NCBI GenBank assembly: GCA_012295275.1
Contig: CM022673.1
Location: 20,026,001 to 20,090,000, forward strand
DNA: 64,000 nt
From: Chrysomallon squamiferum
Taxonomy: Eukaryota; Animalia; Mollusca
Reading direction: 5' to 3'
This document shows, piece after piece, positions 29,859 through 42,648 of this stretch (positions within the stretch are counted from its first letter, which is position 1; each line of letters begins with the position of its first letter). The position numbers and the translations under genes were made by a program. Below the pieces are notes generated by a model. It was not told the origin of the DNA. It worked only from the letters and a program-made list of their open reading frames with translations, and ran no database searches.

Positions 29859-31475
29859 GAGTACCTGTCTGTAATACACTAGTATATATTATACAAAATA
29901 TAATGTGAAATGACCTCACTTAGATTGTGTCTCTGCTTTCTTTGACAAAATCTATAGTGAAGTTAAGGCTGTGCTTTTAACAGGTCAGTCTTCAGAATTA
30001 AAGGATTATTTACTGATGTGAAATTTTGAAAAAATAAACTTTTATTTTATTCATTTATTTATTTATTTTTATTTAATTCTTATACACCAAGCTGACATTG
30101 CCAAACTAGAAAAAACAACAAAAAAGAAAACGAAAACATCTCAATATTATGTCTTTATTGCGTGATTAATTATGAAAAACTGATTATTAATTTGATAGAG
30201 TAAATACTATACGTGTCTATTAATGTCATATATTAATAATTAATCAGAAGTCCACACAATTAAGTAATAAAATAAACAGAAATAAACAGTATTATATGTA
30301 ATACATGACAAATTTTCTTCTTACAAATTCAAATTTATATAATCATGTAGAATTGTAGTATATCGCATGGTAAATACACATAGAATATGATGGGATCAAC
30401 TGTCTGAACTTTAGTGGAATATCAGGATATCCGGTGGCTGTCTAATCATATGTAGAATACAAAGATATCAAGAATCTAAATAAAAACAGAATAGTGGGAT
30501 ATCAAGTGACTACATCTGTAGAAAACCAAAATATCTGGTGTTTATATCCAGTATGCAACAATGAAAAAATTTATAAATTATGTTAAAGATTAGTTTATAA
30601 CATTGATTAATATGTTTAAAAAGTTTTATTTAAAAATAAACTGTCCTTTTTAAAACTTAATAACAAACAATATAATTTACCTTAATGTGATTAAAAGCAA
30701 AAAACATTTAAAAAGATTAAAAAAAGGAAATAAGAGTTGTTTTTTTTTAATTTGAGAAGTTTGTTAACAGCAGTCATGTTCTACAATGAATTATAATTTT
30801 GAGAAAACAAATTCATCAGAAAATAAAATATAATGTTACAAAATTCTTAACTATATTTGACTTCTTGCTAACTATAATAAATTCTGAGATTTTTACATAT
30901 TAAAAATAATGATAATTAACAAATTAGCAAGTTCTAAATATATGTAATAGTTATATGAATGTACAGTTAACAAATAAAGCACCTACATCATAAACTAATC
31001 CAGCTTCTAAACATAAATATATTTAAAAAAAACATAATACTAATATTTTCATACATTTCACTTCATTTTAAACATGTAACAAATAAAGAACTATAGAAAA
31101 AGAAAGAAAACAAAAAGAGGGCAAAAAACACCCTCATATTTCTAAGACATAATCATATATTTGATTAAATTAAAAATTGATTTTAAATTCCATTTTATAA
31201 GCATAAATATATAAGCATTTTGTTATTTACTTTTTGTATTTGAAATGTAGCCATATTGAAAGAATTACAAAATAAACCTAGCAATTAAGATGAAATAAAT
31301 CACTAGCACAAACTTCACTAAAAAACAAATACTGCTGTCAGAAATCTGTAATAGACATGTAAAATGTTTTTCATAAAAAGCTATCTTTTTCATCATTTGT
31401 TGGTCAAGATGTTTTTATAAACAATATCTAAATTTATTTATACAGAATAAACAGAAATCATTAGCATCTTGTTTC

Positions 31476-34400
31476 TCATTTCTTCTGTTGTTCAACACAC
31501 TGTTCTGCTGCAATCATCATGTTTTTTTCACGTTTCAACAAATTTTTCATTTGCTCTTCTTCTTTCTTGCTGCTGCAGATAATAACAAAATGGCTATCTT
31601 TTTTTCGTGCTCTGCCTCTCATCTGGACAAGACCAGTGACAGTGCCAGGCAAATTAAGACAGATAACAAGTTCACACACAGGAATATCTACTCCCTCTTC
31701 AGCCACAGAGGTAGCAATTACAATCTGATATCTCCTGTCATTGATGCCATCAAGAACCCGCTTCTGTTCATTCACACGCATTCCATGATTTGCTGTCCCA
31801 GAGCCATGTCCAACAACAGCAGTTACTGATAGCTTTTGTGATTTCACAAAGCCTATGTCCTTAAGAAATTTACTTAATCTCTTTGCCAGCACTCTTTCAC
31901 GTACAAGAACAAGTGCAATTGGCTTCTTAGGATTTTGCCAGTTAATGTACTCTTTATTTTGTAAAGTAGATAATAGCAGTTTGATCAATGACATTCGTTG
32001 TCCATCAGCCTCAAATTCTGATGTGACCAAAGCAGAATCTTGCCAAACCTTTACAGTCTGATTGAGTTTGTCACAATTCAAACCAAGCTGTGATGCTTTT
32101 TCAAAATTTCCTATTATCTTAGTGTTTAATAGAGGTCTGAGTTCTTCCATGGAACATGGAATACCCATCCCATCCATGTCTTGTAATGACATCATCATTA
32201 TTAATGTATGGTTACGTAGAAAATCTAGATTAGCTTTTATGGCTGTATCTTCACTTTTGGGCTTTAGTAAACCCAAGACATGCATGAAAAGTTTTATTCT
32301 GTCAGGATCATTTAGCTCCTCGGCACATCGCAAAAGTGTCTCCTCGGTCATTCCTGATACTAGTTTAGGCTTGAAAAAGTTCATGAAATAACACTCCTTG
32401 TCTATGTTGGAGATCTCATTTAATTTTAAGTAACAGTTGACTAAGTACACCATCAACTGCTGACGAAAGTCCTCTTCTTCGTCTGTCCTTGGTTCATACT
32501 TGATGTGTAGCAGTGCATTAGACTGGTGCTTTGCCAGCTGTTCCTTTGCAGGTTTTGTCTCTACAATCTGCACCTTAGCATTGCCAAGGTTGTAAAGTAA
32601 CTCTTGTAACATCTTGTATGTTAATTCAAATGTTTCTTTTCCAGCAGGTGAAGCTGTTAGGCCTAGGAGTTTAGGCCTATTGGTAGGATTAAATGGTAAG
32701 TGAAATATCTCAAGAAGATTATTAAAGGGATGCTTCTTTATACAATGGTGAGCTTCATCAAACACTACCAAACTGAAGTCGGACCAGTGCAACTTTTTCT
32801 GGCTAAGTAAGTTGAAACAGTAAGCTATGAGAAAATTAAGAAACAATTAATGTCAAATATAACTATTCAATAATATAGCTAATTAACAGTAAGTTAATAT
32901 AAACGTGTATTTATTTCATTACTTTTCTGCTGAATATATATATATATATATATGAATGGGTGTATCTGTTTTTTATTATCCAGAAAAAATAATTATATTC
33001 CATCTAGCAAAATAAAACAGAAACACAAATTTATTTAATTACTATTTTTATTATGAAAATAATTTCATAAAGTCTATTTATCATTCATCCTCAGTTCACA
33101 AAATATTAAATTAGTAAAACCAACAATAACTACAATGGTAAATAATTATATCTTTTTAGATCTCTGTTTGACATACCAGCTACAGCTACAATGATGTCAT
33201 AATGATAAAGAGGAGTAGGCTCAGATGCTGCAATACCACCAGACAAAGATGCTATCTTCAGTTCACGCATACCTACTTCCCCATTAGAATTGTCAGGAGA
33301 CAATGTTCTACAAAACAATTCATATATATCTGTGACATAAAATGGGTATCATAATTTACATTCTAGACCATATACTTACAATTAAGAGGAAATACTATAC
33401 CACAGATACACATATAATACACAATCGTATTCATGAACAAAATACATAATCAAAATACACCAAATATAGGTAAAAATGCAAAGTTAGCATTCCAAAACCC
33501 AAAATTTGGCCTAAACCAAGCACATTTCCACAGAGATCCATGATTTGTTCTTTGTATTTGGTCAGTTGTTGACATCGCTCTATTGTTTTGTTGTCAAAAT
33601 ATACCCATCCCTCAATTGCCCAGATCACCATTTAGTGCCACTGTGAAATAATGGAAGAATAAAATGTTGTGTATAAAGGAAAAAACACTTTTTTTTTTGA
33701 AGAACTCAGACACAAGAATGTAGTCGGCTCTTCAACTGTATATGATTTTTAATGCATGTACAGCAACCTATTTATCTGTATAGTATATCAACATTCCAAA
33801 ATTGACACAGCACTGGTTCCAGCAATGCCAAGTTTTATATATATATATATATCACAATCTATAGTCTAAAAATACTGACAAATATAATTATGTTTTATTT
33901 TTGACAACAATTTACATACATGAAAATAGTGGAACAACATATAATGTTAAAAAACAAAAAAGGCTAACTTGTCAGGCTAAAATGTTTAAACCACTGATGT
34001 CTTAAATGGAGTCCCTTCTGTCTCAAACACCCAAGTAAGTCATTTATATTATCAATACAACATTTTTATTCTTTAAAAGAAAACAATTTTGATAACTGAA
34101 AAAACAAAACATACTAAAAAGCAACAGATCATAATTCTTATACTGGTATGACCATTACCATAACTGACCAGTGTTTACTGACCCACTTTTGACATTTATT
34201 TACTCCCACAGTCCCATCAAAATCCAGGGGTTGATGTCAAGCACTTTGCCAATCCCTGATGTAAATAGTTTATACCATGTTGAATGATAACAAATGTCAA
34301 ATTTTACTTAGTTTTGATGAAATGTCTTTTCAGAAATATGTACATGCAAACATACATTCATGTATGTATCAACAATTTTTATAGTAGCATTAATATTCCC

Positions 34401-37400
34401 ATTTCAAAATTTTAATTACTTAGACACATCATTTATTTTACTTAAACTGTAATGCAACTGCTACTTTGGAAAGAAAAAAAAGTTGATGGGTTAATTCCAC
34501 TGATGAGTTTCCTTCCGTGTCTGCTATTGAGACCTTTAATTACAGTTATAATTTATATCAAATACTAACAGTTTTGATTTTGTTTACATATTATGACATT
34601 ATCCATCATAGTTGGTCTGAACTGAAAAGGTTAACTACTTAATAGACCCATTTCCTGTTACTAATGAACAAACAAAATCCAAAATGACACATGAATGCAG
34701 ACTTAAGATGGGAATGGTTCAATGTGATTAGCTAGCTTAAGATCTACAACAAATAAAAAATTTTAAAAGTATAAACAGTCGACATGTTTCTTAGAATTAA
34801 TTTCAAGCACAGTGACTGATCCTGGTCCAGCCAAAACAGTATATATACTTTATATTATATACAATAGTATGTTATATAACAAACTGTTAAAAAATGTATT
34901 TCCTTTTATTACATATTTTGGAAAGTACTAAGTCATTTCTGGTTTGACTATTTCAGTGGTTTTAAAACTGATTTTTACTTTTGATAAAAAATGTCATTAA
35001 TGTACAAGAAAAAACAACAACAAACACACACAGAAAAACACAGACACACAGAGTTCATTTATTCACCTTTTAAACTTTTTATGAGACAACTGTTCTCGGA
35101 GGTATTTAGATTGCTGTATCACCAATAAAATTTTGTCTACCAGAAAAAGAACAGGTCTGCTTGGGTTTGCTTCCAACATATGGCTAATTGTCATGGCTGC
35201 CACAAGTGTCTTACCAGTTCCTATAAAATAAAGATAAAAAATTATAAAATAAATTACTGTTAAATAAAATAGTATATTAATTAAAACAAGAAAAAAAAAA
35301 TTCATAACAATATTGAAAAGAAGCTGAGAAATGTTACTAGCTGTGATTTCTGCTGTCAGTCAGCAGTGCAGTAATGGCAGGTAATTTTACAGTGAAGAAT
35401 AATACTAGATTCTTTCTTCTTTTTTATTTAACATTTTTTTTTTTTTTGTTAACATATTTTAGCACTAGTCATATTGAACAATGATTTAAACTGATCTTCT
35501 TTAAGTCTGAGAAATACTGAAATTATAAGTGACAGAATCACTGAATTAAACATCAGTAACTATTATCTGTCTATACCAGATTCAATTTTATATTGTCTCA
35601 AATACATTTTATATAATGTTGATGTATTATTAACTTTAACATACAAACACAAGGACACACCTCTATCCCTCTCTCTCTCACTTACTCTTCAATGCCCTTT
35701 TTACAAGTTAAACTGACTTTTCCTTAAACCACTCCTAAGCTTGCATTTGAAATGAAATACAAACTGACCTGTTGGCAAGAAGATTACACTATCGCTCTGC
35801 ATCACTTTGCTAAATAGTTCCACTTGGTATGTGCGCGGATTTGTTTTTACTAGATTATCATAAGCTCTATCATATGCTTCATCTTCAGTCAGAGTTTTTC
35901 TTACATCTGGCAAACTCCTTTCAGGAGCCTTGGTGTTGGCAATCTCCTTCTGGTGATCTTTTCCTGTCAGATGTGCTTTGTAAGCTTCCTCTGTATTCAT
36001 GGGTCGATCACACAACAGACAATAAAACTTAAAATAACCTTCAAAACGATTTATTTTGGGTTTTTCTGCCCTTTCAAAAAAAGTAATTGTTTCAGTAGTG
36101 CTATCCTTATAATACTTCAAGTCTTCCCTTGCCAGATCTGAAACATCGTCAGAAGGAAAATTACCTGTTTTCAGAAATTCACTGCAGTTACTTTCAAAAC
36201 TTATTAAGTCACTTTCTTCCACACAATCAGATTTTTTTTCAGAAAAGGGTTCTAAATTTGATCTCATACTATGCTCATAAAGATTTTCATCAAGATTAAT
36301 TCCTGAACAATTCCTGTTTTTCAAAGGATAATATTTATTTAACTTTGTACCATTTTCAGTTACTTCCTCTTTACTTTCATTTCCTGAATCTGATGGCGAT
36401 GTTGCAGTATATGCCTTTGTTGTGGGTACAAGTACAGAGGTTGTAATTTTTGGAATCACCATTTCTTGTCTGTTTTTATTGTTGCTGTAATTTGTCATAT
36501 TTTTTGTCTTACCAATATTGTCATTGTTTGTATCAGGATTCTGGTTACCATCTGGGTGTGACATGCTGGATAAATTGCTAGGTGGTGGTCTTAGGGTACG
36601 TAAAACATCACTGGACTGAATTCCTGTGTTGTCACACTGTATAGGTGGCAAGTCCTCACTTTTAAAGTCAGCAATTACTTGTGTAATTGGTGAACTGAAT
36701 AATGGAACAGAGGACTTGAGATTATTTTCAGTATTTACTAATTTACAACTCCTGATTCCATCACAGGTAAGTGTCATTTTCTGTAAATGTTTTGCTGAAT
36801 TGAAATGCTGAATAGCACTTTCTTGTCCACTACACTGCAAAAGACATATCTCACAGAACAAAGGATAAGTTTTCCCCAGCTTTTCTTGCTGCTTTCTTTC
36901 TGCAAGTTTCTTGTGTTTCTTTCCATTGATATGTTGTGTTGCATGCAGCCTTGATGTTAGGTCTATGTTGCAAACATAACAATATCCTGTTGTTCCATTA
37001 AACTTATATTCAGGCTTATTATAATCCCAAGTATTTTTATTCTTTTCTATTATTTTAGTTTCTTTCTCACTGAAGAATATTTGTTTTGCTTTTAAATGAT
37101 TTTTTCCTTGAAAATGTTCTCTGGCATGTGACCAAGATGTCAAAACAATATTACAAACATTGCAGAAACCACGAGAACCATCAAAACTATATTCCTGTTT
37201 AACACTGGGCTCAGAGATCAAAATATTTGCTAATGTTCCTGAAGATGGATGCACATCATCTTTAACGCAGTGTTTAATTTTACAAACAGTTTCATTACAA
37301 ATGCAATTTTCATTACTTTCTGAATAAAGACTTCTGTCCCTACAGTTTTCACCAATGTTTGCAGCTGAATATGATTGTTGCAAATCACTTAAAGCTGAAA

Positions 37401-38367
37401 TATCTCTCTTGCTGTTGAAATTATTTGTCATAAACATATGTTGAACAGATGGCATTGCACGTGTAATATTTCCACCATCAACCTTTAAGCACAAATCTTC
37501 ATCACTGAGAGTCTGACAGCTACTGGGAGACTTTTGTATAAAATTGTTTCCTGGCGGCAATTTATTTGTTTCCTTATTTGACAGAGGGTTTTCTTTTTCT
37601 GGGAATGATCTATTAGGAAACAGATCTGTAACTGCTGACTTTAGGTTTACCTTTTCAGCAACATTATCATCTTTTGTGAAGTCAGTCTGAGGAAATATTG
37701 ATCTTTTTTTATGCTTTTCAATTGTAAAATGTTGTTCAGCTGGTATAAGTCCAGTGATTAGTGACATTCCAGGCACAGCTGTCTGAACAGAGACCGAATT
37801 TTGTTGACATACATTTCCAGCATTTTGTTCGTATGGAACCTTAGCTTCCACTGCCTTCTTTATATGTTTTGCACTCATAAAATGTTCATGTGCATTTTTT
37901 GCACTAGAAAACTGTACTTTACACAAGAAACAAGACAGCTCATTAATATAATTTATATTATTCTGTAATTGTTTCTTGTTGTGTTTTGTACCAGTCAGAT
38001 GTTGTTGGGCATGTTGAACAGATGTGAGCTCTATATTACAAATATAACAGAAACCACGAGAACCATCAAAGTCATAAGGTTTGGAACTGCTTGTTGGATG
38101 TTCCACTACTGGAAAACACGCAATCTGCTGCTCTTCTCGTCGTTTTAATCTGTCAAGATGGGCAGGGCTTGCATTATGCTCATTATGTTGTTTCACAGAA
38201 TTGCACTTCACATGACAAACATCACAGTCAAAAGCAGAAAGATTTGAAACAGAGTTAGCTCTCCTTTTGTGATCTTCACTCATAAAATGTTGTTGAGCAG
38301 GAAATGGGCCAGAAAATTTCTTGTGACAGACCTCACAGAACAGTGGAATTTGCTGACCATTTTCCAT
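31476..38367 (-). CDS. Multi-zinc-finger (matrin/JAZ-type C2H2) RIG-I/Dicer-family DExD/H RNA helicase (about 1410 aa)
   Basis: Exons 38367-35769, 35220-35067, 33307-33177 and 32824-31476 (TGA) total 4233 nt and are phase-compatible. There are eight C-x2-C-x12-H-x5-H fingers. Helicase motifs: Q (PRTYQVEL), I (LPTG|TGKT, split by an intron), Ia (LVDKILLVIQQ), II (FDEAHHC), III (GLTASP), VGHG, V (ATSVAEEGVDIP), VI (QMRGRARK). The start ATG at 38367 is inferred. Confidence 0.9.
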
Positions 38368-40657
38368 TATTCTCAATGGATAATTATAATGAGAAGATTT
38401 ATGATAGAATAAACATTTATTTGCTGAAAAACAGAATATTAATAAACTAAAACTTGAAATTTTACATTATAATTATTTCAGCTTGAAAAAGAAAGCAATA
38501 TAGATCTCCAGTTTCAAAGAAAGACAATTTAAAAAAAAAATTTACCAACAAGATGGTAAAAATATTTCCTTTCATTTGTTTTATCACCACTGACATGAAA
38601 AAGGAAAAACATTTTCAAAAATCACATTGAGATTAATTCCAATTATATCATTCTAAATAAAATTAATTTCTGTAACTGTAATACATAAAAAGGCAATAAT
38701 ACATGATATTCTAACAAGTTAATAACATAAAAATCTTCAATTAAACAGGGTAATACAAATGGTTTCATATTATCAACAATATTTTCTGCTTTAATTACAC
38801 ACAATGTAAATCAATTTTGACATCTGAGACATCTGTAACTGACAAACAAAACAATGCTACACACATGATCATTCTATTTAGAAAAGTTGAATACTATTAA
38901 TATATGAAAACATGAAAAGTAACGAATATATTTCACATTTTATAAAACTGCCATATCATGGTAAACTTGTGAATTAATTATAGTTTAATATTATTTACCT
39001 GGAATTGTGCATTAACATATAAAATGAAAAATGGTGAAGATTTAGTTCTGTGTTTCATGGAGATTTCAGTCATACATTACAGTAAGCAGAGAAATCTCCT
39101 CTTTTTGAAGCTGTAATATATGGCTATTTTTTGCTGTAGTTATCAGAAAAACAGATTATTCTTAGTAATGTCTTTATTGAAACAGACATCTGCCATAATT
39201 AAACTTGATATGGTGACCCAAGATACAACAAAAAGTTTCACTGACTTAATACAGGCCATGTCTTAACTGGCTTGTCATTCACAGATGGTGTTGTATGAGT
39301 AAATGTGGAATTATCAGCAAAGTAGTATGCAACTTTTTGTTTAAAAGCATAGTGAAATCATTTTTATATATGCTGGAAAAAACAACTGAAAAATCTTATT
39401 ATCTATGAGAAAATTATAGTGGGCCTCTCTGGTTTAGTACTAAGATATTATTCATACATTTCATATAATGGTAAACTTGAAATTATGTCTGCACTTTGTC
39501 AGCAGAGATTTTTCTCACCTCAGCAGATGTTTTACTGAAAGGCAACTTGATAGTGAAAAGCATATTCTGTTGGTGTTTTTAAAGCGAATTAATAAAGATC
39601 AACCAGACAATGCTTTAGAAGTGTATTAAGCTGTGACTGTTAAAGGTTTTATTCTTTACTTTTCTTATTTATTTTATATTCTAAATAAAGATTTAGCCTG
39701 TATCCATGTTGTTTACCTGTATTGTCAACCTGCTCTTGCAAAAATGTAACAGGAAGTTATATTATTTCACTGAAAATAACTAAACTAATGACTATACATT
39801 TTTGACCAGTTCTAATACTTGTAGCATTAGATACAGTGGTTAACATTCTGAGACAGTGAAATGCCAGAGCATATCAGAAGGTGGATGTTTCAAATTATCA
39901 TCTGTAAGTGCATTTTATTATCCTTAATTGTTGACTTGTATGTTTAATATAAATGAATTAGTAAGTTACTGAATGAACTGTAAAACAGACACATACTAGA
40001 CATAGTGATAACATTCATGAAATAAAAAAATGCACACTCCTTTTATTAAAAAAAAAAAAAAAAAAGCTAAACACTAGTTTTGAATGATCAGAACTTTTTT
40101 CATGAACATGCAAATGTTAACACCTATGGTGGTATAAAAGACAAAACAGATAGATCTGACAAGCAAAATATTGACCTGTTGGCATGTTATTTGAATTTAA
40201 AAAAAAATATTTTGTTTAATATATATCTGTCCTAGAGTCAGTCTGAGTTTACAAATCAAGGTTTGAAGATTACCATAATAATAATTATAAAGCCATTTAT
40301 GTTGAGTGGTACTAGTAACTATGTATGTGTAGTCCGTGCGTATCATTGTATGTCACTATGTGTGCTTAGTATTTTATATTTTTTAAATACTTACTAGTCG
40401 TTAAAATTCAAACTGAGATTGCAGTTAATGAATCATACGATTCATAATCTGAAAATCGTTCTGAAAAACAAAATGAAACTAGTTTCAATAATTCACTGTT
40501 AAAACCCAATTTTTTTAAACCGTCTTTCCATTTTATTTAGAAAATAAATTCTGAATCTGTTTATAATATACATTAAAATTAAATTTCATATTAATACACA
40601 GAAATACTCGCATTTTGTGTTTATAATACCTTTGACTTTACAACAAGCCAGGTATTC

Positions 40658-40668
40658 GGGAATACCCC
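40658..40668 (-). promoter_or_regulatory. NF-kB consensus site near the putative 5' end of the ZnF-helicase gene
   Basis: GGGAATACCCC; its reverse complement GGGGTATTCC(C) fits GGGRNNYYCC. It lies in a locally GC/CpG-richer patch next to minus-strand donor-like sites (about 40394 and 40629). Confidence 0.4.
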
Positions 40669-42601
40669 AACCACGTCTACTAAACCGATTCTGTATAATG
40701 GTGCTCCGGGTGTTAGACACAGAGGGAAACCAGTCTGTCATCACTATTTTTTTTTTTTATTTTTTTGGGGAAATGGGAATTTAGAAATAAAGATTGTTTC
40801 TTTTTAAATAATTTATATAAAATACTGAATTAAATTATTATTTATTTTAAAACCAAAAGAAATATTTTATTGAAGAGTTGTCTACGTTGTATTTTCTTGA
40901 TAACACTTGTTATCTCTCACTTTTTGTTTTTCAGCATGAGCATGTGTGTATGTATTTCTGTTATACACTTTTTATATTACCATTAAACATAATAATAATA
41001 AATGACTATTTTCCAACAACATTTTCGGCAATTTTATATGACTGAAAGGAATTTAATTAATTCTGCGCTTTCAACCACTTTATTTTGAATGTCACACATA
41101 ACAAGTTTGTTATAAAATCGGTCCAAAAATTATCAGATGAAATGTCATTCAAAGAAATCAGTAATAATAATAATTTGATGAGGAAAATAAATCCAATTAA
41201 CGTATATTTTACATCAAGACGATCTAGCCTCTGTTATAACAGTGTTAACTGTATAGGGCTTACAGTACGTATAATGGTATGGTGGCAAACATTTATTACA
41301 TTAATTTCTCTTTTTTTTTTTTTACCTTTTTAAATGTTTTTTTTTTCTACTCAATACAAGTGGAAGAGAAATTTCCTATATTTTTGTCTGAAATACAATA
41401 TTTATTGCCTTATAATAACTTTCTCGGCAAAACAAACGAAAGTATGACTATAGTTGAAATAAAGCAAGTGACAAAAATCCCGTATTACTATTTTTATATC
41501 ATCATTCTTTAGCTGGCACAACAATAACAAAAGGTATTCAAAGGCAGAATTGTCCTTCCTAAAGCAGGTTGTCTGGTTATCCTACTTGTTATAAAACTCA
41601 AAATGATTATGACTGAAAAGGAACACAAAAAACATTTAAAGCAAAATTAAATATATATTTTGAGATCTACAAGAGAACCAAATAAAAGGGGAGAATAAAG
41701 GAAAACTGTGGTTTTGAAAAAACAAACTTTGCTTAACCTGCAGTTTTTTTTTAGTTGATTATTTTCCTTTGGCTAATTATACATTTACTTTAACATGCCC
41801 AATAGGTAAATTTGAGAGATCTTTAAAAAATAAGTATAGCGTTACTATTCATTGTGTCGATGTGTTGTTTCTCGTTTAAATCTATAATTTTTAATCTCAC
41901 CCATGTACTTCTAAAACACATCTTCCCCTAGTCAGTATTGACAGTGCCTCTTTCAGATCTCCCTGAACATCAGTAAATCACAGGACTGTCAACAAATGAT
42001 AAACATGTGGCAAAGGGTCCAGAGTCATTTCTTTTTTGAAGTTTGGTATGTTGGTCAGTTAACAAATTAAAATGTTGATGTCAAGATTTGTCGATATCCT
42101 ACTAAACACTTGGAAATCCATCTTGGTGTTTACTGTGCATGCATATTTCCAAAAAAGAGGGCATTTTAACATTTAGGTTTTAACCTAAATTAAACCTGCT
42201 GAAATAGTAAAAGTTGCATAAAATACACAAAATTAGTGTTGATTTGACAAACATGTAATTAAGTCTATTTTGTGAGGTTGTTAAACTTTAGATGTTGTTT
42301 ACATATGCCGCATGTGTATTATGTTACATAGAAAATGCATGCATTCATACAGTATATATAAAGAACTAAATACAGGCTCCTGAAACAAGGACAGTGCTAA
42401 AAAGAGCATGTGTGTGTATACACACACACACACATACACTTTTCTTTTGTCTACTTCAGATGTTTCTAAAACTTTACAGAAATATTGAAAATGTTCTACC
42501 AAAAATTAAAAATATGAAAGAGAAAGAAAAACAATTAAAACATTTCCAACTTTTCTTTATTTCATCACAGCTTACATCGCATACTACACCTCAGCAATGT
42601 A

Positions 42602-42648
<47 letters not shown>

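Noticed and set aside
31488-32391. Several + strand ORFs overlapping the helicase exon
   Set aside because: Antisense shadows of a long coding exon with no recognisable motifs. The same applies to 1352-1573, 5913-6098 and 35829-36811.
31476-38367. Calling the helicase Dicer, FANCM or ZNFX1
   Set aside because: No PAZ or RNase III exons follow. The protein ends right after the helicase, and the VGHG / QMRGRAR motifs are RLR/Dicer-like rather than FANCM-like (QRMGRTGR). ZNFX1 is an SF1 helicase with NF-X1 fingers, not SF2 with C2H2 fingers.
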